A stretch of DNA of 64,000 nt from Candidatus Aenigmatarchaeota archaeon (GTDB lineage Archaea > Aenigmatarchaeota > Aenigmatarchaeia > GW2011-AR5): positions 273,874 through 337,873 of the forward strand of contig JACQID010000004.1 of NCBI GenBank assembly GCA_016198685.1. Direction: 5' to 3'. A model generated the notes under the pieces. It was given only the letters and a program-made list of their open reading frames with translations. It had not been told where the DNA came from and ran no database searches. Every line of letters begins with the position of its first letter. Position 1 is the first letter of the stretch. This document shows, in pieces, positions 57,641 through 64,000 of the stretch. The translations under genes were made by a program, and so were the position numbers.

Positions 57641-57687
57641 GCAAACGCCTTCATATATCTGGCACTAATCATATATATTTCTTTCCG

Positions 57688-58380
57688 TCACTTCTTTCCG
57701 ACGTTTCTCGCTTCAAAGACAAGAAAATCCGTGCCTGCATAAAGCGTATAGTAGCCGTCATACTCATAAGTCCCGTTCATGTAAAGATGCACAGAACATG
57801 AAGAGAGGCTGCTTCCCGGATTCAATATCTCCGTATACCCTGTCCCGTTGATGCTTAGGACGCTTCCGTCTATTTCTATGGCAGAATCCGCTATCGTCAT
57901 GTTCGTTGCCGGCTTTATCAGCACGGACTTGAAGATCCTGCTTGTGTTCAGAACGGCATGGGAAGCCTGCGATCCTATTCTTGCAAACGTCGCCTTGATT
58001 AGGCTGTTTTCCATGACAAGATCGCCCGAATCAATGCAATCGACATCCGAGCCGGATATTTTTTTGACGTTCCCCTCTGTTGTGACGGAGAAATAATCAG
58101 TCAGCCCTTTTGTCTCTATCTCCGCAACCAGAGAATTCTCCTGCGGAATTATATCTATTATTGCCTGGGACTTGATTGATACCTGCCTTTTTGCCCCAGA
58201 GCCCTCCAAAACCACCTGCTTTATCGCCGAGTCAAGCGTTTTCATCAGGTTCTCGGTGTCTCTAATCTTGGCCGTTGAAGTGCCGGAGCTGATGACGCCA
58301 TCCGCTACGTTAAGAACTACAGTACTGGCTGCTATGAATATCATGGTAACCGCAGCAAACGAAAGTATAGTGCTCATCAT
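57688..58380 (-). CDS. Minor pilin-like protein
   Basis: N-terminal hydrophobic helix; LDSAIKQVVLEGSGAKR and DLVMENSLIKATF match the 51689 paralog. Confidence 0.7.
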   Translation of the reverse strand: MMSTILSFAAVTMIFIAASTVVLNVADGVISSGTSTAKIRDTENLMKTLDSAIKQVVLEGSGAKRQVSIKSQAIIDIIPQENSLVAEIETKGLTDYFSVTTEGNVKKISGSDVDCIDSGDLVMENSLIKATFARIGSQASHAVLNTSRIFKSVLIKPATNMTIADSAIEIDGSVLSINGTGYTEILNPGSSLSSCSVHLYMNGTYEYDGYYTLYAGTDFLVFEARNVGKK

Positions 58381-59012
58381 TACCAGCTTCTGTTGTATGT
58401 TTCTTTGATCCTTGCAAATCCTTCGGGAGTCTCAATTCTTATGTCAAATAAGGCCGCCGCTGAGTTTAAAGACGACGCATTGAGCACGAACCTTTCGGCT
58501 CTGGAACCCGTGCTGTCAGTATAGTTCAATGTTATATTTATCGGAACGTTCGTTGTCCTTGAAAACTCCCTTGTAACGTTCGTTTTGTCCTGAATTACCC
58601 CTATGAAGACGCTTGATGGAGTCGAATCCGTTGCGTATATCGTAAGGTTGATGGAGTCGTCAAGATAGTTGCCTGTGATAACCCAGAATTTTTGCGATGT
58701 GCCGTTTGAAAAGGCAAAGGAGTAAAGTATTTTTGCGTCTGCGTCATGCCGGACAAGGTCGGAAAAGTTTGAAAAATACGCCATGGCACTTGCATTGACA
58801 TTCTCTTTCACCGTTGCCAGCCCTGCTATGTTCTTGTATTCTCTCATAAGATTTTCTGCTGTCAGTTGAATAGCCACGCTTTCCAGATTAACCTTCTCCT
58901 GGCCGGTATTATATATTGACAATAACGCAGAAAGCGAAAACAGCATCATAATGAGTATTATTCCTGCGATTATAAACATCTGGCCTTTTGGATTCACGGA
59001 GTCCACGTCCAC
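58380..59012 (-). CDS. Minor pilin-like protein
   Basis: PKG|QMFIIAGIILI; AGGTGA RBS before GTG 59012. Confidence 0.75.
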   Translation of the reverse strand: MDVDSVNPKGQMFIIAGIILIMMLFSLSALLSIYNTGQEKVNLESVAIQLTAENLMREYKNIAGLATVKENVNASAMAYFSNFSDLVRHDADAKILYSFAFSNGTSQKFWVITGNYLDDSINLTIYATDSTPSSVFIGVIQDKTNVTREFSRTTNVPINITLNYTDSTGSRAERFVLNASSLNSAAALFDIRIETPEGFARIKETYNRSW

Positions 59013-59389
59013 ATTTTCACCTTCCTGCCCAGGAAATCGTCCCTGTAAACCGAGACATAATAACTCACGGCAATCACGCTCCTGTTGTCCGGAACGTTTG
59101 CGGTATTGCACTCATAAGTGCATATCTCAGCATCGAACAGGTAATTTACCGGCAAAATAGCCGCAATCTCGCCTTCTATGGCGCTTTCTGTGCCGTTTGC
59201 AACCTGAACTTTCAGGATGCCTGCGTTATCCATGTATTTCAGCGCGCTGAAAGAACGCTCCTTCATGAGGCTTGCGCCTAACTGCGGCTTTTCAGGGTTG
59301 CTTCCGAAGAGAAATACTGCCGTCACGGCTATAATCGATATCGTCATCAAAACTTCCAGTGTGTATATGTAGCCTTTCATCATTACCAC
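58994..59389 (-). CDS. Minor pilin-like protein
   Basis: MKG|YIYTLEVLMTISII. Confidence 0.78.
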   Translation of the reverse strand: MVMMKGYIYTLEVLMTISIIAVTAVFLFGSNPEKPQLGASLMKERSFSALKYMDNAGILKVQVANGTESAIEGEIAAILPVNYLFDAEICTYECNTANVPDNRSVIAVSYYVSVYRDDFLGRKVKMWTWTP

Positions 59390-60192
59390 GTTTTGACTAT
59401 GAGCCTTCCCTTCATGACTGCAGCCGTCGAATTCTGGAACATTACCGGCCTTTCAAGAGAAACAACAGTGCCTCTTGTCGGCGCACTGTTTCCAAACGAT
59501 ATATATGTAGAATTCGTCTGAGCGTTCACTATTTCTATCATGTAATCACTTTTTGAGCCTGTAGAATTCCTGACATCCGAGTACTGGGAATTCTGCAGCC
59601 TTTGTATTTGCTGGTATTCCAAGAGGTTTATCTCTTCGGCATAATATATCCTTTCGGAAACGTTGTTGTTGCCGCTTACTGCGGATGACCTGTTTGAGAA
59701 ATTGCTGTTGTCATCAAAATATATGGTGAACCATCTGGCCTCGTTTGCGCTCGCCGGAGTCGAGAAAGTTATGTTTGTGCCGGCAATGCTGTAGCTTACA
59801 GGGCCTCCGGATTCATTGTAAATTGCGGTAGAATTTACGTCTATACCCGACATCCCAAGCGAAGCATAATCGATGCTGACAAGTTCCGCATCGAGTTGCG
59901 CTGCGCTGACACCTGGATTGAAGTAGTTGGAAGCTGTATTGTTCAGGAGTACTGTCAGCCTGTATGCCTTCCCTCCTATCCCAAGAATGTCAGGACCAGT
60001 ATTCCAGATTCTGGGTTCAGCAGGCTTTTCCAGGGAATCCAGCAAGTTCATGGCATCGCTTCTTAGCACGATAAGCCTTGCCGTATCCGATACGCCAAGA
60101 AAATAATCCATAGTCAGGGATACTGTAGTGCCTACCACGGCTATGAATATCACAAGCCCTATGACGTAGTCTATCTGGCTCACTCCTTTCAT
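59383..60192 (-). CDS. Minor pilin-like protein
   Basis: MKG|VSQIDYVIGLVIF. Confidence 0.78.
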   Translation of the reverse strand: MKGVSQIDYVIGLVIFIAVVGTTVSLTMDYFLGVSDTARLIVLRSDAMNLLDSLEKPAEPRIWNTGPDILGIGGKAYRLTVLLNNTASNYFNPGVSAAQLDAELVSIDYASLGMSGIDVNSTAIYNESGGPVSYSIAGTNITFSTPASANEARWFTIYFDDNSNFSNRSSAVSGNNNVSERIYYAEEINLLEYQQIQRLQNSQYSDVRNSTGSKSDYMIEIVNAQTNSTYISFGNSAPTRGTVVSLERPVMFQNSTAAVMKGRLIVKTW

Positions 60193-60623
60193 GCGCTTGC
60201 CATCTCCACAACCATGCTTCCCTGCGCTGTTCTTGAAACTTCCATCTTTGCCCTCCCGCCGGCAACCGATCCAAGATACGTTGCATTGTATCCGATTACG
60301 CAGGTTGTATTGACAATGCCGGATTCGATGCTTGCATTCCTCCCTATGAACCTTATCCTGTAAGGCTCGCCGCCTATGGCTTTAGGCAGGTTCACGTATA
60401 CCCTGCCGCTCGCCGTATTGTTGGGCGAAAGATAATTGGCCTCAAAGACGAACTTGCCCGCCGAAGACCTTATCATGGAGCACACCTCATCCGCTTCCAT
60501 CCCGCCTATGAATTCCTGGTGCGTCTCTTTGAGATGCACCGTTATTGCTATTACGGCAATTATCATCGCAGCCGAGAAGGCGGTGGAAATTACATGGCCA
60601 AGAAGCGGATCCTGCCCTTTCAT
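60189..60623 (-). CDS. Minor pilin-like protein
   Basis: MKG|Q + hydrophobic helix. Confidence 0.72.
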   Translation of the reverse strand: MKGQDPLLGHVISTAFSAAMIIAVIAITVHLKETHQEFIGGMEADEVCSMIRSSAGKFVFEANYLSPNNTASGRVYVNLPKAIGGEPYRIRFIGRNASIESGIVNTTCVIGYNATYLGSVAGGRAKMEVSRTAQGSMVVEMASA

Positions 60624-63600
60624 TCAGATTACCCTCAGCGATATTTCAGGCAGCCCCCTTGAGTTCTTCCCTTCGTTGGATATCAAAAGCTCCGCCGCCG
60701 ATGCCGGTATTCTTGTGCCATCAATTATGTCCACATCATCGTATGCAAGCTGCATGTATAATGGGAATTGTGCTGGGATATGATAATTCCAGGCGCCCAA
60801 CGCTCTTGGGGGCGCCTTCCCTTCGCCGAATGAATCCAGCTTGCCGAGTATGGTCGCGTTCGTTCCGTTGACAAAAGCAAGTATTATTTTATTATCCCGC
60901 GTCTCGCGGATTTCCAGAGCCATGTCGGATGACGTGAAGCCCTTGTTGACCCTCGTGCCTACCGTGCCGTCAGCAGAAACAAGGCTTACGGTTATCCCGC
61001 CGCTTTCTGCTGCAGTATAACGATCTTCTGCAACAATGGTGTTGTTGCTCTTTGTCGGGCCTATATGAAAGACGAGCCTTGCGCCTACCGTTCCTGCCGT
61101 TTTGTCAAAGTTTGGGGACGTCAGTATTATTTTATTCGGGTCTGTAATCACGATGCTTGTTGTGTTTTGCCCGGACTGCACCCCATACGTCGCATTCACG
61201 GGAATGGCATAAGTCCCGTCAACGCTGGGCATAGTGAAGCTTGCATTATAGTTTCCGTTCGAGTTCGCAAGGACTGCAATAGTCCCTACTGTGCTCGTTT
61301 CTCTCGGATAAACGCTTTTTTTCACGCCTGCAAGGAACGTGAAATTGCTCGCGTTTGTTGCGCCAAGATAGCTCGTTGCCCATACAGTGACGTTCCACTG
61401 GCCGCTTTCGTTCACGGCAAAATCCGTGGAGTTCCATATGTCGCGCGTGTAATTGGTGCCGCTGCCGCTGACTACGCTCCTGCCTGTCGGCGATATGACC
61501 GTGAAATTCACGATTGTGATGTTGCTTGAAACATCCGTTATATTCGCGTATATATGGGCACTATCATTGATGCTGGGCATAGGCTCTATCGCCCTGCTAT
61601 TCAAAGATGTGGTAGGCGTGATATTGTAACTTATGATAGCATACATCTGCGTGATATATCTTTTTTCACCGGCGCCTCCTGCCCATAAAAGGCCTGTTTG
61701 CAGGCCGTTTACTGCAGACCATGGCCATGCCGCGCCTGTTGCCGGATTGGTCGTCCATGCGTATGATTTCAGGGAATAGCTGCCGCTTGTACCGGTTTGT
61801 ATTCCTGTGCTCTGGTAAACCGTGCCGGAAATATTCAGAAGAATATAGAATAACGGGTCTTGTCCGCTCTCGCCTCTCGTATAGGTATAAACGGTTATGC
61901 TGTTTATGACGCCGCTCCCGTTGAAATCAGAAAGATTGAAAATCTGTCGCACGGCCGTGTTCGCATGGACATATGTGCTGTCATCATCAGGAGTGCCGTC
62001 TGTTATCTTATCCCACTTGTTGCCGCTGTCAGGGAACTGGCTCCATGAATCCGTGCCTCCGGTTCCGTCCGGGAGCAATGTCTGCGTCACGTTTATCGAA
62101 AGCAAAGGATCGTAAAGATATATCAGTTTCTTCTGCCCTGCGCCGAGCGTGATATTGAATGTTATATAATCGGAAAGCCCGAACAAGCTGTCGCCGTCAA
62201 GATCGTTGAAAATCGAAGGCAGCTTGTGGCCGTTCTGCTCCTCTGCAGTCCCTGTCATGTTCGGGTCTATAACTTCGAGCGTAGTTATGTCGATAGACGA
62301 GAGATCAAGGCCGGCAGTCGAGTCCTTGAGATTCTGGCCTGTTATATATACCGGCATGTCAGTTGCGGCAATTGTTGATTCCACGACAACAGGAAACCTA
62401 TAGTCATGTGTTATGCCGGAGCTTGAATTCGAATACCATGCAGGCAGAAAATCCGTAGCGTTGATACGAACGACAGAGTAAGGCGCCGATGTGCCATTCT
62501 GCTGCGTTACCCTGCCGGAAACCGCAACCGTCTCGCTTATTATGCCGGAGCTTGGCGACAGCGATTCCGAAACAAGAAGCGTCACGTTTATGTAAACGGT
62601 TCTTGTCGTTGAAACATTAACGTTTCCGCTCGTGTCGTTTGCCCATACGCGGAACGTGTAATTTGCATTGGCAAGATCGGTCTTGTTGCTGAGCCATGAC
62701 GTTCCGGAGCCTGTCATAGTCTCATTCACGCCATTCCATTCAAGGAATACCCTGTCTGCAACCCGCGAAGTCGTGACGTTCACGTAGCTATGATCCCTAT
62801 TAGTTATTGACTGGCCGTTATCCGTGGGCGAATTGAAGCTTATTGTGAATCCCGACGTGTCCACTATAATTACAAAATCCTCCCCTGCAAACCCGCAGTT
62901 GCCGATGGTTGAATTATCGCATACGTATGCATTCCATATGTAATACCCATCCGGCACCCCAGGAACGTTTATTGACGAATTTCCCCCATTGACTACAGGC
63001 GTGGTATTGGTATTATTTGCCGCCCATGTACCCGTGAAATTCGTGTATATTGTAGCATTTTTTATCCCGTTTTCGTCAAGCGCCGTGAAATTGAATGTGA
63101 CATTACTTCCCACATAGCTCCCGTCGGTCGGGAAAGTCAGTGTCACAATCGGCGCTGCGGCATCCACTTTTGCAAGAGGAAGATAATCGATATTGTTTGC
63201 CCTGTGGGTCACAGAGCTGTCGCATATTGAATCGGCATCAGAATCACTGCATGTCTCGCTGAATCCAGCAGAAATTGAGTTGTTGATGTAATAATTGCCG
63301 CCTATATTGGATCCTCCTACTATATTTGTTCCTGCCGTAAGCGTTGTGTTCCAGTCATTTAGGTCGCCACTGCTGACGCCTACCCCGCCGTCGCTGCCGT
63401 TCAATATGTTATTGTATATTGCATTCTGCGCAGGAACTGCCGTCAGGAACATTGCATAATATCCGGCCGCCTTTACTGTTGAATTCGTTATATTTGTGGA
63501 CGATATATTGTCAAGATAATATCCGGCCGCACTCGAGCCTGACGTGTTTATCGTGTTATTTGTCAGTGCTGAATGCCCAAGCCTTGTAAGCCTGATACCG

Positions 63601-64000
63601 TAGCCGGTAGAACCCGATGACGTGATCACGTTACCCTTCACTGCATGCCCTGCCGTCTTCGACGTTGAGCTTACGCCGGAAAAGTATATGCCATACCCCG
63701 CTGAGCCATAAGTCCTTATCGTATTATTCTCGATAACGCCATTGCTGGGATTAGATGCGCCTGAGCTCAATACAGCGATGCCGTGGCCTGCCGAATCTGT
63801 GGATTCCGAGCTCGTGCTGATAGTGTTATTATAGATACCGTTGTCGGTAGATAGTCCTTCTACGTATATCCCGTAATTCGAGTCGTCGGTATCGACCGTG
63901 CTCACAATGTTATTCGTCACGTTATTCCGTGAAGACAAAGAAAGATAGATGCCATAATTAGTGTCATCACCCTTCGTCACGACAGTATTGTTATAAATGA
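60624..64000 (-). CDS. Large surface adhesin with parallel beta-helix and Ig-like domains (5'-partial)
   Basis: NNTIxT...YGIYL beta-helix repeats, YWNxT...GGNYY motif, Ig-like segments; frame open past 63980 to the window edge. Confidence 0.85.
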   Translation of the reverse strand, partial: IYNNTVVTKGDDTNYGIYLSLSSRNNVTNNIVSTVDTDDSNYGIYVEGLSTDNGIYNNTISTSSESTDSAGHGIAVLSSGASNPSNGVIENNTIRTYGSAGYGIYFSGVSSTSKTAGHAVKGNVITSSGSTGYGIRLTRLGHSALTNNTINTSGSSAAGYYLDNISSTNITNSTVKAAGYYAMFLTAVPAQNAIYNNILNGSDGGVGVSSGDLNDWNTTLTAGTNIVGGSNIGGNYYINNSISAGFSETCSDSDADSICDSSVTHRANNIDYLPLAKVDAAAPIVTLTFPTDGSYVGSNVTFNFTALDENGIKNATIYTNFTGTWAANNTNTTPVVNGGNSSINVPGVPDGYYIWNAYVCDNSTIGNCGFAGEDFVIIVDTSGFTISFNSPTDNGQSITNRDHSYVNVTTSRVADRVFLEWNGVNETMTGSGTSWLSNKTDLANANYTFRVWANDTSGNVNVSTTRTVYINVTLLVSESLSPSSGIISETVAVSGRVTQQNGTSAPYSVVRINATDFLPAWYSNSSSGITHDYRFPVVVESTIAATDMPVYITGQNLKDSTAGLDLSSIDITTLEVIDPNMTGTAEEQNGHKLPSIFNDLDGDSLFGLSDYITFNITLGAGQKKLIYLYDPLLSINVTQTLLPDGTGGTDSWSQFPDSGNKWDKITDGTPDDDSTYVHANTAVRQIFNLSDFNGSGVINSITVYTYTRGESGQDPLFYILLNISGTVYQSTGIQTGTSGSYSLKSYAWTTNPATGAAWPWSAVNGLQTGLLWAGGAGEKRYITQMYAIISYNITPTTSLNSRAIEPMPSINDSAHIYANITDVSSNITIVNFTVISPTGRSVVSGSGTNYTRDIWNSTDFAVNESGQWNVTVWATSYLGATNASNFTFLAGVKKSVYPRETSTVGTIAVLANSNGNYNASFTMPSVDGTYAIPVNATYGVQSGQNTTSIVITDPNKIILTSPNFDKTAGTVGARLVFHIGPTKSNNTIVAEDRYTAAESGGITVSLVSADGTVGTRVNKGFTSSDMALEIRETRDNKIILAFVNGTNATILGKLDSFGEGKAPPRALGAWNYHIPAQFPLYMQLAYDDVDIIDGTRIPASAAELLISNEGKNSRGLPEISLRVI

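Noticed and set aside
1-64000. Searched by eye for CRISPR arrays, rRNA, SRP/RNase P RNA, integrases and transposases
   Set aside because: None recognised; a covariance-model scan would be needed to exclude divergent ncRNAs

Overview
Archaeal chromosomal segment, DPANN-like (Aenigmarchaeota-like by gene style; inference, no marker search run). Left end: a >1444-aa secreted Ig/macroglobulin-like surface protein running off the window, tRNA-Cys followed by an adhesin scar, a PIN toxin module, a divergent Nudix protein, and a TrkA-C/PhoU + MgtE pair. 9.2-22.2 kb: the complete S10/spc ribosomal protein superoperon (rpl3 to secY). It carries an unannotated 54-aa Zn-ribbon ORF and an aIF1/SUI1 gene that apparently starts at AUA. 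There are six tRNA genes; five have introns (Ile-GAU at the very unusual 8/9 position, Lys-CUU at 22/23, Ala-GGC 90 nt), and tRNA-Gly is followed by a 140-bp hairpin-rich element with a duplicated tRNA 3' end. A copper-export cluster (CopA, PadR-TRASH) lies between two near-identical tRNA-Ala genes. Housekeeping genes (valS, prf1, tatD, rps8e, lsm, rpl37e, metG, trpS, ahcY, rnz, cmk) are interspersed with orphan genes, including a degenerate TrpRS paralog directly upstream of trpS. The right 13 kb is a type IV pilin/adhesin locus (class III signal peptides, LamG, beta-helix adhesin running off the edge). No rRNA, CRISPR array, integrase or transposase was seen. All protein family calls are from motif recognition, not database searches.
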